Assembly: GCA_028864975.1 (NCBI GenBank)
Contig: JAGWLG010000006.1
Location: forward strand, 63,878-127,877
Direction: 5' to 3'
DNA: 64,000 nucleotides
Origin: Thermoplasmata archaeon
Lineage (GTDB): Archaea > Thermoplasmatota > Thermoplasmata > Lutacidiplasmatales > UBA184
Shown here: positions 9,134-19,015 of the stretch, piece after piece
Layout of the letters: each line of letters begins with the position of its first letter
How positions within the stretch are numbered: position 1 is the stretch's first letter
Made by a program: the position numbers and the translations under genes
The notes under the pieces: model-generated
What the model saw: only the letters and a program-made list of their open reading frames with translations
Told to the model about the DNA's origin: nothing
Databases searched by the model: none

Positions 9134-10159
9134 ATGGCCTCTCGTCGGTTCGCGACGCTGGTCGACGCGGTGGCCCGGGCGTTCGGCCAGGAGGGGAACC
9201 AGCTCAAGGAGACCCCGGAGGCGATCTATCTTCGTTCCTCCGACGGACTCGTCTACGCCTTCTTCGAGGAAGCGCAGCGACTGTCGCCCGCGCTGATCAA
9301 AAAGCTCGTCGCTTCGATGGGCGAGGACATGTCGCGCCTCGTCGTCCTTTCGCTCGGACCCCTCCCTCCCGATTCGATGGCGCTCTTCGAACAGGCGGGG
9401 AGCTCGGTGGTGGCGGGGGACCGGTTCCAACGGCTTCTCGAGGGATTGGAACTGAGCGGCTACGGGGACCTGAGCGGACCCTCGCCGCCCGTCAAGGAGG
9501 AGACCCCGCGACGCGTACTTCCGACCGCGGACCGCCTGGACCAGCTGATGGAGCGGGGACGTCTGTGGATGGGGTGGGACGTCCCCGCCATCGCGCTGCG
9601 CTTCTTCGACGAGGCGACCCGTTTGAAGCCGGAGTTCGCCCCGGCGCTCCTGGGGAGAGGGATGGCCTTGATCGCCCTGGGCGCGGCGGACTCGGCAGAG
9701 TCCTCGTTCGAGCGGGTCCTCTCCCAATCCCCTGGGGACGAGGAGGCTCGGGTCGGGCTCGCCCGTGTGACGGGTCTGCGGGGAGATCCCGAAGGGGAGG
9801 TCGACGAGCTCCTGGCGCTCCTCAAGGAGAACCCGGGGCGGACCCGCGTGCGCGCTCATCTGCTCGCGGCCCTCGCTCCTCTCGGACGATGGAAGGAGAT
9901 GCGCTCGCATGTGGACGAGTTCCTCAGGGTGGTCCCTCAGGACCCCTACCTTCACGCGTTGAACGCCCTCTGTCTGGAACGGCTTTCGGACAAGGACGGC
10001 GCGGTGCGGGAACGTCGAGCGGCCGAGGTACTAGGCATGACCCCCCAGCTCTGGCAACGCCTCCGGGCGAGCGTCGAGCCCGCGGCGACCGCCCCGAGGG
10101 GAGCGAAGGGCCCCAAGGGGGACGCTCGGGCCCGGTCGTCCTCTTCCGCCAAGCGGTGA
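9134..10159 (+). CDS. TPR-repeat protein with N-terminal alpha/beta (restriction-endonuclease-like) domain
   Basis: C-terminal TPR-like helices (ALRFFDEATRLKPEFAPALLGRGMAL, AESSFERVLSQSPGDEEARVGLA). The N-terminus ends in SSVVAGDRFQRLL, resembling the end of Mrr-like domains. Confidence 0.7.
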   Translation: MASRRFATLVDAVARAFGQEGNQLKETPEAIYLRSSDGLVYAFFEEAQRLSPALIKKLVASMGEDMSRLVVLSLGPLPPDSMALFEQAGSSVVAGDRFQRLLEGLELSGYGDLSGPSPPVKEETPRRVLPTADRLDQLMERGRLWMGWDVPAIALRFFDEATRLKPEFAPALLGRGMALIALGAADSAESSFERVLSQSPGDEEARVGLARVTGLRGDPEGEVDELLALLKENPGRTRVRAHLLAALAPLGRWKEMRSHVDEFLRVVPQDPYLHALNALCLERLSDKDGAVRERRAAEVLGMTPQLWQRLRASVEPAATAPRGAKGPKGDARARSSSSAKR

Positions 10160-10208
10160 GAAGCGAGAAAAGGGGTCGCGGCTGCGCGCCCCACCCCCGT
10201 GGGTCCCC

Positions 10209-11168
10209 ATGCGCGTGGTCTCCTTCCTACCCAGTGCGACCGAGATCGTCTACGCTCTCGGGAAGGGGGACCAGCTGGTCGGACGGAGCCACGAGTGCGA
10301 CCATCCCCCGGAGGCGACCGGGCTTCCCGTGGTCATGAAGGCCCGCGAACCGATGGGTCATCTCTCGTCGCGGGAGATCGACGAGAAGGTCGGGGCACGG
10401 CTCGAGTCCCATGAAGAGCTCTACGAGATCGACGAGGGCCTCCTCGCCAGGCTTTCGCCGGACGTGATCCTGACGCAGGAGCTCTGTCGGGTGTGCTCGA
10501 TCACCCCAAAGGGACTCGCCGATGCGCTTGAGAAGCTCGAGCGCAAGCCGCGGGTCGTGGTCCTCGCCCCCACCCGACTCGCCCATGTGATGAAAGATGT
10601 CGAGACCGTCGCGCGAGAGCTCGGGGTGCCGGACCGCGGGACCGCGATGGTGGCGGAGCTCGAACGCAAGCTCGCCTCCGCGGCGGGACACGAGCGCGCA
10701 AGGCCCACTTCGGGCGAGGAGGGCACCCGACCGCGCGTGGCGGTCCTCGAATGGCTCGACCCGCCGATCGTGGCCGGGCTCTGGGTACCAGACATGATCC
10801 GAAAGGCCGGGGGCCTGCCGGTCCTGGCCAAAGCCGGGGCCCCGGGGGGCCGGACCACCTGGGACTCCCTTCGAGGCGCGGGCGCGGACCTGCTGGTCGC
10901 CGCCCCCTGCGCCTACCCTCTCGAGCGGACCCTAGGGGAGTTGCGTGGTCCCCGACCGCATCCGCTCGAGGACCTGCATCCCCCCCGAGGGGTCTGGGCG
11001 GCCGACGAGGCTTTCTTCTCTCGCCCCGGTCCCCGGTTGGTGGAAGGGGTCGAGCTGCTCTCGGACCTGGTGCACGGTCAGGGGAGGCCGCGTCGGTCCT
11101 TCGAAGGTCGGGCGGTCCCGGCGTTCAAAGCCCCCCTGCCCCCCTACCGCATCCCCACGCGAAGGTGA
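10209..11168 (+). CDS. cobalamin/Fe-siderophore-type periplasmic binding protein (BtuF-like)
   Basis: RVVSFLPSATEIVYALG, LVGRSHECDHP, PDVILTQELCRVC, FSRPGPRLVEGVELL. Confidence 0.82.
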   Translation: MRVVSFLPSATEIVYALGKGDQLVGRSHECDHPPEATGLPVVMKAREPMGHLSSREIDEKVGARLESHEELYEIDEGLLARLSPDVILTQELCRVCSITPKGLADALEKLERKPRVVVLAPTRLAHVMKDVETVARELGVPDRGTAMVAELERKLASAAGHERARPTSGEEGTRPRVAVLEWLDPPIVAGLWVPDMIRKAGGLPVLAKAGAPGGRTTWDSLRGAGADLLVAAPCAYPLERTLGELRGPRPHPLEDLHPPRGVWAADEAFFSRPGPRLVEGVELLSDLVHGQGRPRRSFEGRAVPAFKAPLPPYRIPTRR

Positions 11169-11177
11169 GTCAGACCG

Positions 11178-11897
11178 ATGAGCGGATGGACCTCCTCCAG
11201 CTTCCTCTACCAGCCCCCCATCTCGTCGCCCCACCCGGTCATGGGACCCCGGGCAAGGTTCTCTCGGCTCGAGCTCCAACACATCGCGATCGCCTTCGTC
11301 GTCCTGACCGCCGACCTCGTCCTCATCCTGCTCCGCGACGCCTACTATCCGGGGATCCCCCGAGCCGACCTGATCTCGGCCGCCTTCGGGGCCGCGGTGG
11401 CGGCGCCCCTTGCCGCGGCCACCGGGTTCGTGGCCCACGAGATGGCCCACAAGTTCTCCGCTCAGCACCGCGGTCTCTGGGCCGAGTTCCGGATGTCCCC
11501 GCAGGGCTTGCTCATGTCGTTCATCTTCTCCGCCCTCCTGGGCTTCCTCTTCGCCACCCCGGGCGCGACGATGATCGGGGGGCGAGGCACGATGGAAGAG
11601 GCCGGGATCACCAGCCTCGCAGGACCGGGGACGAACCTTGCGGAGGCGGCAGGGTTCGCCGGGGTCGCGATCCTTCTGGCGAGGTTCCACGAGTGGTTCT
11701 GGGCGCCGCTCATCGCCTACGTGGCCTTCATCAACGTCATCTTCGCCGCCTTCAACCTGCTTCCGTTGGGTCCGCTCGACGGCAAGAAGGTCCTGGCGTG
11801 GAACAAGGGCATCTGGGTCCTGGCCCTTGCCGGGGCCGTCGCCATGGGCGTGTTCGCCTACCTCTACCTCTTCCCTTGGACGACCGGACCCGGCTGA
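11178..11897 (+). CDS. site-2 protease family (M50) membrane metallopeptidase
   Basis: HEMAH zinc motif, SLAGPGTNL, FNLLPLGPLDG; multiple TM helices. Confidence 0.88.
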   Translation: MSGWTSSSFLYQPPISSPHPVMGPRARFSRLELQHIAIAFVVLTADLVLILLRDAYYPGIPRADLISAAFGAAVAAPLAAATGFVAHEMAHKFSAQHRGLWAEFRMSPQGLLMSFIFSALLGFLFATPGATMIGGRGTMEEAGITSLAGPGTNLAEAAGFAGVAILLARFHEWFWAPLIAYVAFINVIFAAFNLLPLGPLDGKKVLAWNKGIWVLALAGAVAMGVFAYLYLFPWTTGPG

Positions 11898-11912
11898 GCG
11901 AAGGGTGCGAGC

Positions 11913-12869
11913 GTGACCGTCCAAGAGCTCGGGAACGGACGTCTTCTCGTGGACCTGGGCTTCCAGGACCTCGAAGGGGTGATCGGGAGCTACCTCCTCC
12001 CGGAAGAGGAGGGATGGGCCCTCGTAGAGGTGGGACCCACCACCTGCGAAGCCCGTCTCCTTCAGGGTTTGCGGGAAGCCGGGGTCGAACCGCGCGACGT
12101 GCGCGATGTCTTGGTGACCCACATCCACCTCGACCATGCTGGGGGAGCGGGGCTGCTCGCGGACCATCTGCCGCGCGCAACCTTCCACATCCATGAGGTC
12201 GGGGTTCCCCACATGATCGACCCCCGCCGGCTGCAGGAGAGCGCCCGTCGAGCATGGGGGCCCGCGTCGGACCAGCTGTGGGGAGAGATCCGCCCTCTCC
12301 CCGCCACGCGGATCCACGCGCTCAAGGGGGGCGAGCGGATCATGCTCGCCCACGGGAAGGCCCTCCATGTCCTGCCCGCCCCCGGCCACGCACGTCATCA
12401 CCTGGCCTTCTTCGATGCCCTCACCCAGACGGTCTTCACGGGGGACGGAGCGGGGGTGCTCGTCCCCGGGGCCCGGCACATCCGGCCGGCCATGCCTCCT
12501 CCGGACCTCGACATCGAGCAGCTCCTCCACAGCTTGCAAGCAATGGCGGATACGAGCCCGCAGAAGCTCGCGTTCAGTCACTACGGGGTGTTCGACCACG
12601 CCCAGGACCGCCTGAAGGAGGCCGGGCAGGCCGTCGAGCGCTGGAGAGATGTGGCCCTGGCGGCGGCTCGGAAGGAGCCTACGGTGGCCCACGTGACGCA
12701 TGCCCTCGAGGACGAGGAGCAACGACGCTCGCGCGAGGAAGGCGAACCGAGCGACCTCGCCTCGCGTTCGCAGGCCATCAGCGGACTGGAGATGGCCGCG
12801 ATGGGGCTCCTGCGCTACTTCGAGAGGTCGGGGCTGCTTCCCCCCAAACCCCCGCACGGGAACGCGTGA
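11913..12869 (+). CDS. MBL-fold metallo-hydrolase
   Basis: THIHLDHAGG (HxHxDH), PGHARHH, FTGD, FSHYG. Confidence 0.88.
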   Translation: MTVQELGNGRLLVDLGFQDLEGVIGSYLLPEEEGWALVEVGPTTCEARLLQGLREAGVEPRDVRDVLVTHIHLDHAGGAGLLADHLPRATFHIHEVGVPHMIDPRRLQESARRAWGPASDQLWGEIRPLPATRIHALKGGERIMLAHGKALHVLPAPGHARHHLAFFDALTQTVFTGDGAGVLVPGARHIRPAMPPPDLDIEQLLHSLQAMADTSPQKLAFSHYGVFDHAQDRLKEAGQAVERWRDVALAAARKEPTVAHVTHALEDEEQRRSREEGEPSDLASRSQAISGLEMAAMGLLRYFERSGLLPPKPPHGNA

Positions 12870-14161
12870 GCGCGGTGCGGGAGCTCAGCGACTCGGCCCG
12901 AACGAGGGCGGTCGGTTCCCTCGTCGCCTCGCGCGCGGTCTACGCCTACAACTGGTACGTCATCGGCCCGATCCAAGGCACGATCGCGATGGGACTGGGC
13001 GTGAGCTTCGGCGAGGTCTCGCTCTACCTCTGGGCGTTCTTGGTCGGGGCCGGCATCTTCCAGATCCCCGCGGGGATCGCCTCCCTCCGATGGGGCGCTC
13101 GTCGCACCTCGCTCTTCGGCATCGCGCTGATGTCCGTCGGAGCGGTCGTCAGCGCTTTCACGACCTCGCCCGACGTCTTCTTCGTCGCTCGGCTCGGTGT
13201 GGGGGTCGGTGCGGCGTTCTTCTTCTCTCCGGGGATTGGGCTGATCGCGAGGTACTACACGACCGGAGGTCGTGGGTTCGGGATCGGGCTCTTCAACGGG
13301 GCGTTCAGCCTCGGCGCCGCTACCGCCGTCCTCCTCACCGTGATCCTGGAAGGGATCCTGGGATGGCAGGGGGCCCTGCTCGTTGCGGGGGCGGGGATGG
13401 CGCTCGTCAGCCTCGAGAACGCTCTCGCCCTACCTGCGCTCTCCGAGCCTTCCCTTCGCTTCGACGTCGCGGTGGCACGCGCGAAGGAGGTCCTGTCCTG
13501 CCGCTACCTCTGGCTTTTGGCGCTGGCGCTCGCAGGGTTCTGGGCGAGCAATTTCGCCGTGGCGCAGTACCTGGTCCCTTGGGCGACCCAGTGGGCGGGG
13601 ATGAAGGCGCCGACGGCGGGCGCCCTGGACGCTCTGCTCATCGCCACGTCCCTCATCGGAGGGCCCCTCGGGGGGAGCCTGGCGGAGAAGGGTCGGCACC
13701 CTGCCCGACTCCTCGCGGCGTCCGCAGGAGCCACGGGGCTCGCGGTGGCCGCCCTTCCCTTCATCCCTGCGTTAAGCTCCCTCCTCCTCTGGCCGCTGGC
13801 CGTGGCGGGAGGGATCGTGTCGGGGATGGCCTTCGGGGTCCTCTACTACATGGGGACCCTTGCCCCGATCGCCCGAGGCGAGAACGTGCCCCTCGCGGTC
13901 GGGCTGATCAACAGCCTCCAAGTCTTTCTGGGGGCGTTCGTGGTCCTCGGCCTTGGCCACGAGCTCTTTGGATCGCAGTCCCGGTCCGGGTATGCCACAG
14001 GCTGGGTCCTGTTCGGAGCGCTCACGCTGATCCCCCTCGCGCTCCTCCTCTGGGCGAGGGTCGAGACCGCGACCCCCGAGGGGGTCAGCTCGGGGCTGGG
14101 GTCCGTTTCGGCCGTGGCGGAAGTGGGACCCTCCGCTCCTCTTTCACCCGGTTCAAAATGA
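12866..14161 (+). CDS. MFS transporter
   Basis: GTG start overlaps the upstream TGA. About 12 TM helices with MFS-like motifs (LRWGARR, GGSLAEK). Confidence 0.85.
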   Translation: MSAVRELSDSARTRAVGSLVASRAVYAYNWYVIGPIQGTIAMGLGVSFGEVSLYLWAFLVGAGIFQIPAGIASLRWGARRTSLFGIALMSVGAVVSAFTTSPDVFFVARLGVGVGAAFFFSPGIGLIARYYTTGGRGFGIGLFNGAFSLGAATAVLLTVILEGILGWQGALLVAGAGMALVSLENALALPALSEPSLRFDVAVARAKEVLSCRYLWLLALALAGFWASNFAVAQYLVPWATQWAGMKAPTAGALDALLIATSLIGGPLGGSLAEKGRHPARLLAASAGATGLAVAALPFIPALSSLLLWPLAVAGGIVSGMAFGVLYYMGTLAPIARGENVPLAVGLINSLQVFLGAFVVLGLGHELFGSQSRSGYATGWVLFGALTLIPLALLLWARVETATPEGVSSGLGSVSAVAEVGPSAPLSPGSK

Positions 14162-14567
14162 CCTGGGTGTTCGTCCGCTCGATGTTCGGGTCCTGCAAAG
14201 CATGCTTGACCCATCGGTCCAGGTCACGACGGTCCCGGAAGCGGGCGATCACGAGGGCATCGTAGTCCCCGGTGACATCGTACACCGCGTAGGCATGGTC
14301 GTCCTTGGCCAGCCGCTCCTCCACTTCGCGGAGCCGACCCTTGGAGACCCTTATCCCGACCACGGCGTGCAGGTCCCATCCTAGGGGCTCGTCCTCGAGC
14401 AGGGGAACATACCCTCGGATCAGACCCTCGTGCTCCATGGCCTCGATGCGGTGGCTCACCGTCGTGGGGGAGACGTTGAGCCGGCGCGCGAGCTCCCGAT
14501 GACTGCGTCGGGCGTCCACGTTGAGCTCCTCGAGCAGGGTCCTGTCCAGGGCGTCGAGGTCGGTCAT
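14085..14567 (-). CDS. Lrp/AsnC family transcriptional regulator
   Basis: LDALDRTLLEELNVDARRSHRELARRLNVSPTTVSHRI HTH; RAM domain VYDVTGDYD; GGAGG SD. Confidence 0.92.
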   Translation of the reverse strand: MTDLDALDRTLLEELNVDARRSHRELARRLNVSPTTVSHRIEAMEHEGLIRGYVPLLEDEPLGWDLHAVVGIRVSKGRLREVEERLAKDDHAYAVYDVTGDYDALVIARFRDRRDLDRWVKHALQDPNIERTNTQVILNRVKEERRVPLPPRPKRTPAPS

Positions 14568-14596
14568 TTGTCCTCCATCCAGATAAACCACATGCC

Positions 14597-14606
14597 TATT
14601 TTATAG
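14597..14606. promoter_or_regulatory. TATA box in the Lrp/glnA divergent region (TATAAAA on the minus strand)
   Basis: TATTTTATAG lies about 30 bp upstream of the Lrp ATG, which fits archaeal TATA spacing. Confidence 0.5.
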
Positions 14607-14801
14607 AATGCAGAGGGATCCATGAACAAACGTCCACTCACGCCACGGCAGGGTTGAAGTAAAGGTCCGCCGTCGGAGCTTCGAGGACCGCGGCATGGGG
14701 AGGACGGGAGGACTCGGGCAGAGGGCGGAGGTCGTCGTTGGGACGGCCGAAGCCCAGCTTCAGGGGCCGACCCGCATTCTCCGTGGCGCGGGGAGGCAGA
14801 A

Positions 14802-16268
14802 GTGATCGCATCGACCACAGTACCGGCGGGCGCAACGGCAGAGACGATCATCGACAAGCTGAAGGCGGAGGAGGTCCGATGGCTGGACCTCCAGTTCGTG
14901 GACCTGACGGGTCTGCTCCAGCACGTGACGACCCCCGCGAACATGCTCGAGGCCCGCCACTTCTCCGAGGGCATCCCCAAGCTCGACGGCTCGTCCATCC
15001 GGGGCTTCACGGACATCCACGAGTCCGATATGCGGCTCGAGCCGCAGACGAAGACGCTTCGAGCGCTCCCCTGGTACAATCCCCCTCACAAGACCTACAG
15101 GATGGTCTGCAACATATGGGAGGGGTACCGCCACGAGCGGTTCTCCCGGGACCCGCGCTACGCGGCGGAGCGAGCGGAGCAACAGGCCAAGGACCAGGGG
15201 TTCGACATCTCCTTCTGGGGCCCCGAGCTCGAGTTCTTCATCTTCGACAAGGTCCAGATCGACCCCTCGCCCCTGGGCACGACCCAGCCGGGGTCGGGGA
15301 ACGGCTACAAGATCGAATCGTCGGAAGCTCCCTGGACGAGCGGGGGTTTCAACCTCCTACCCTTCCCCCTGAAGGGGGGGTACTACGCGGCTCCTCCACG
15401 GGACGGGCTCGCCGACCTCCGGAACGAGATCTGCTTCATGCTGGAGGACTACTTCGGCATCAAGGTCGAAGCGCACCACCACGAGGTCGCGACCGCGGGC
15501 CAGTGCGAAGTGAACATCCGCTTCGCCCCGCTGGTCGACATGGCGGACAACATCATGACCATGAAGATGGTCATCAAGCGCGTCGCGCAGCAGTACAACA
15601 AGGTCGCGACGTTCATGCCCAAGCCGCTCTTCGGCGACAACGGCAGCGGCATGCACACGCACCAAAGCCTGTGGAAGGACGGTCACAACACCTTCTACGA
15701 CGCGAGCGAGCCCTACGCCGAGGTCTCGCAGACCTGCCGGTACTACATCGGTGGGCTGATGGAGCACTCCCGAGCGCTCACGGCGATCACCAACCCCACC
15801 ACGAACTCCTACCGTCGGCTCGTCCCCGGCTACGAGGCCCCCGTCTTCATCGCCTGGGCCCGGGGCAACCGCTCCGCGAACTGCCGAGTGCCGGTCTACG
15901 AGAAGACCGTGGAGAAAGCGAAGCGCGTGGAGTTCCGTACCCCCGACCCCTCCTGCAACATCTATCTCGCCCTCGCCGCGATGCAGGCGGCGGGGCTCGA
16001 CGGGGTCAAGCGCAAGATCGACCCCGGGAACCCCGTGGACGAGGACATCTACCACCTTACGAAGCACCGACGGACCGAGCTCGGCGTCCGCGAGCTCCCC
16101 GGCTCGCTCAACGAGGCCCTGGACTCGCTCGAGAGCGACCACGACTTCCTGTCGTCGGTGTTCCCGAAGGATCTGTTCGAGCACTACTACACCCTGAAGC
16201 GCAGGGAGGCGCTCGAGGTCTCGTTGCGGCCGACGCCGCTCGAGTTCTCGATGTACCTCGACGCGTAG
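14802..16268 (+). CDS. glnA: glutamine synthetase type I
   Basis: LDGSSIRGF, GPELEFF, HHHEVA, TFMPKPLFGDNGSGMHTHQS, NSYRRLVPGYEAP, RVEFRTPD. Confidence 0.97.
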   Translation: MIASTTVPAGATAETIIDKLKAEEVRWLDLQFVDLTGLLQHVTTPANMLEARHFSEGIPKLDGSSIRGFTDIHESDMRLEPQTKTLRALPWYNPPHKTYRMVCNIWEGYRHERFSRDPRYAAERAEQQAKDQGFDISFWGPELEFFIFDKVQIDPSPLGTTQPGSGNGYKIESSEAPWTSGGFNLLPFPLKGGYYAAPPRDGLADLRNEICFMLEDYFGIKVEAHHHEVATAGQCEVNIRFAPLVDMADNIMTMKMVIKRVAQQYNKVATFMPKPLFGDNGSGMHTHQSLWKDGHNTFYDASEPYAEVSQTCRYYIGGLMEHSRALTAITNPTTNSYRRLVPGYEAPVFIAWARGNRSANCRVPVYEKTVEKAKRVEFRTPDPSCNIYLALAAMQAAGLDGVKRKIDPGNPVDEDIYHLTKHRRTELGVRELPGSLNEALDSLESDHDFLSSVFPKDLFEHYYTLKRREALEVSLRPTPLEFSMYLDA

Positions 16269-16406
16269 GCCTCCGCCCGGGTGGCCCGGGAGGAAGAAGT
16301 CCTCCCGGGCCACGATCAGACTTGGTGTGTCGCCCTCGGCGCCTCCGCTTTCGGCGAGGGTCGGTGTGCCGCGGTGCGGTCCAGCTCTCTCTGGAGATGA
16401 CCCGCC

Positions 16407-17873
16407 CTAGATCTCGACCACATTGAGCAGGTTCGTCGGCCTCCCTTCGAGGGGATAACCCGCGGTCAGGACCACACGGTCGCCGCGCGCCAAGTGCAGC
16501 TCCTCGATACCCGCGGTCCGCGCCGCCTCCCGGAGACCGTCCAACGGAAGCTTCGCGGGGACCCCTCGAGACCGGACCCCCCAGAGGAGACCGACCGCGG
16601 CCTGCGTCGCGGCCTGGGAAGTGAGCACGAGCAGGGGAGGTTTCGGGCGCAGTCGGGCGACCAGCCGAGCGGTCCGCCCGGAGTGCGTGGGGACGACGAT
16701 CGCTCGGGCCCCGATCCGAGCCGCAAGACGTACGGCGGCTTCCGCGACCGCGCCCTCCTCTCCGTGAAGCTCGGACCCCGCCAGTTCCCCTTCCTTGCCG
16801 AGGAACGACCCTCCGGGGGACCGCCAGAGGGCGGGCTCCGTCGCCTCCGCGATCTCCGCGAGGAACCGGACGGCCTCCTGGGGATGTTCACCCACCGCGG
16901 TCTCTTCCGAAAGCATGAGAGCGTCGGCGCCATCCAGGACAGCGTTCGCGACGTCGGTCGCCTCCGCGCGGGTCGGTCGCGGCGCCTTGACCATGCTGAG
17001 GAGCATCTGGGTCGCGACCACGCAGGGCTTGGCCGCCCGCCTCGCGGCCGTGACGAGCTCCTTTTGGACCATGGCCAGGCTGGCGAGGGGTACCTCGATC
17101 CCCAGGTCGCCCCGAGCGACCATGATCCCGTCCGACTCCTCGAGGATCCCCACCTGGTTGCGGAGCGCTTCCGCCCGCTCGATCTTGGCGAGCAGGTAGG
17201 GAGGGCGGTCGGGGGCCAGGTTCTTCAAGTGCGCCCGGGCCAGTCTGAGGTCCGCGGCCGAGGCCACGAACGAGAGGGCGACCCAGTCGACCTCTTCCTC
17301 CACCGCGAGCTTCAGGTCCTGAAGGTCCTTCTTGCCCAGGACTTCCGAGCGCAGGGTCGATCCGGGGAAGTAGACTCCTTGGTGGGAGGAGATGTTTCCC
17401 CCTTGCACGACCCGCACCACGGCTCGGGTCTTGTCGACCTCTTCGACGAGGAGCTCCAGGGCGGCATCGCCGAGCAGGACCTGTTGACGAGGCCGAAGGA
17501 CCTTCAGGAAGCCTTCGACGTCCACCGGCAGGGCGGGAGGGTCCGAGGGTCCCTTCGATTCTCGCAGTTCGATCTTCTCCCCAGCCGAGAGGGTCCAGAC
17601 CTCCGGGCGGAGCTCTCCCAGCCGGTGCTTCGGCCCTTGGAGGTCCGCGACCAGGGTCACCGAACGCCCGACAGCGCTGGCCACCTTCCGAGCGCGCTCG
17701 ACGATCAGCCGGTGCTGGTCGTCGTCCCCATGCGAGAAGTTGATACGGAACGCGTCGGCGCCCGCCGCCAAGAGACCCCGGATCGCTTCCTCCGAAAGCG
17801 TGGCGGGCCCAATGGTGGCAAGGATCCTGGTCCGGGGCACGGCGGGGAGACGGGCGTCTCCCGTTTGAAACAT
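16407..17873 (-). CDS. pyk: pyruvate kinase
   Basis: RTRILATIGPA, RINFSHG, DLQGPK, AKIE, IMVARGDLG, TQMLLSM, PTRAEATDVANAVLDGADALMLSEETAVG. Confidence 0.96.
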   Translation of the reverse strand: MFQTGDARLPAVPRTRILATIGPATLSEEAIRGLLAAGADAFRINFSHGDDDQHRLIVERARKVASAVGRSVTLVADLQGPKHRLGELRPEVWTLSAGEKIELRESKGPSDPPALPVDVEGFLKVLRPRQQVLLGDAALELLVEEVDKTRAVVRVVQGGNISSHQGVYFPGSTLRSEVLGKKDLQDLKLAVEEEVDWVALSFVASAADLRLARAHLKNLAPDRPPYLLAKIERAEALRNQVGILEESDGIMVARGDLGIEVPLASLAMVQKELVTAARRAAKPCVVATQMLLSMVKAPRPTRAEATDVANAVLDGADALMLSEETAVGEHPQEAVRFLAEIAEATEPALWRSPGGSFLGKEGELAGSELHGEEGAVAEAAVRLAARIGARAIVVPTHSGRTARLVARLRPKPPLLVLTSQAATQAAVGLLWGVRSRGVPAKLPLDGLREAARTAGIEELHLARGDRVVLTAGYPLEGRPTNLLNVVEI

Positions 17874-17941
17874 TGTGAGCGCACTCAGGTCGATTGGGAC
17901 CGTCTCCGAGGGAGAGGTTCGGGGGGGAGAGCCCCCCGTTT

Positions 17942-18808
17942 TCAGAGGTAGACCGAAACGCTGCCGACGGCGAACCGCTCCAGGTTCGCGAGATAGCGCC
18001 GAGGCACCCGGCCCGACGGCGGGTCCATCTCCCCGCCACGCGCGCTCGTGAGCTGGCGGGAGAGCGCTTCCTTGACCGGTAGGAACGTCTCGGAGACCCA
18101 CTCCGGGGCATTGAGCAGGAGCTTCGCCCGCGCGAGGGGGGACGGGTCGGTCTCTCCGGAGGCCTCGAAGGCCGCCACGGCCGAGAAGTAGAGGTTCTCG
18201 GCCTTCCAACTGGACGGGTAGACCGCGATCTGGCCGGAGCGCTCGAACGCCTCCGAGGCCTGCAGGAAGTGGAGACGACGCGCCACAGGGTCCTGGGCGG
18301 TCAGGCCGAGCAGGAGGTTGCCCTGCCCCTGGAACCAGGGCGCAAAGCCCGAGAGCTGGCAGAGCAGGAGCCGGGGGACGACGGCCCGACGGACCTCCCG
18401 CCACTCCCCCCGAAAGAGGTGGACCCAGGCCAGCGTGAGGAGCGTGTCGTACCACCAGAACTGGTTGCGTTGGGTCCGGAGCAGGCCGGGGTCGATCTCC
18501 TGCATCGCTTCGTCATAGAACCCGAGGTCGAGCAGGGCACGGCCCTCGAGGCTCTTCGCCGCCCACCAGATGAACGGCAACTTCGGCGCATGCATCAGGA
18601 GCGTCCTAGCCCCGATGAGCGCCTGCCCCGGGTTCCCGCTCATCAACGCCTCCTCGTAGGCGCCGAGCCGGAGGTCGATCGAGGAGCCTTCGGAGAGGTA
18701 CTCGGCGGCCCCGACCTCCTCCCCCAAGGCCGCAATGGCGCGCTCGCGGTGGCCCAGCGACAACTGGACCCGGACCTCACCGTCGATATTGTGGGAACTC
18801 ACGGCCAT
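17942..18808 (-). CDS. all-helical / TPR-like hypothetical protein (288 aa)
   Basis: Repeated helical hairpin pattern (GRALLDLGFYDEAM, AWVHLFRGEWREV, GNLLLGL..LHFLQASEAF). ATG follows an AT-richer promoter-like stretch. Confidence 0.55.
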   Translation of the reverse strand: MAVSSHNIDGEVRVQLSLGHRERAIAALGEEVGAAEYLSEGSSIDLRLGAYEEALMSGNPGQALIGARTLLMHAPKLPFIWWAAKSLEGRALLDLGFYDEAMQEIDPGLLRTQRNQFWWYDTLLTLAWVHLFRGEWREVRRAVVPRLLLCQLSGFAPWFQGQGNLLLGLTAQDPVARRLHFLQASEAFERSGQIAVYPSSWKAENLYFSAVAAFEASGETDPSPLARAKLLLNAPEWVSETFLPVKEALSRQLTSARGGEMDPPSGRVPRRYLANLERFAVGSVSVYL

Positions 18809-19015
18809 AGAACGGAGCCCCGGGACCTCGGCCCCGGAGTCCTCGAGATAGATATGCGCCCAAATGCGTATAAGCCCTTTCCGGCGGGCCGCTTCGTCGC
18901 TCGGAGCCCAGAGGGCTCCCGGACTGAGGAGGCCGTCGGCTCCGTGGGGGACCTCGCGGAGGAGTTCGGTCGCGTGAGGTAGGCTTTTCTGCTCGCCCGC
19001 TCGTCGTCCAGCTCG

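Noticed and set aside
14802-16268. GSI-beta-like insertion and the Tyr at the adenylylation position (EDIYHL) in glnA
   Set aside because: To my knowledge this GS form is usual in Thermoplasmata/Sulfolobales, and no adenylyltransferase is in the window; not treated as novel.
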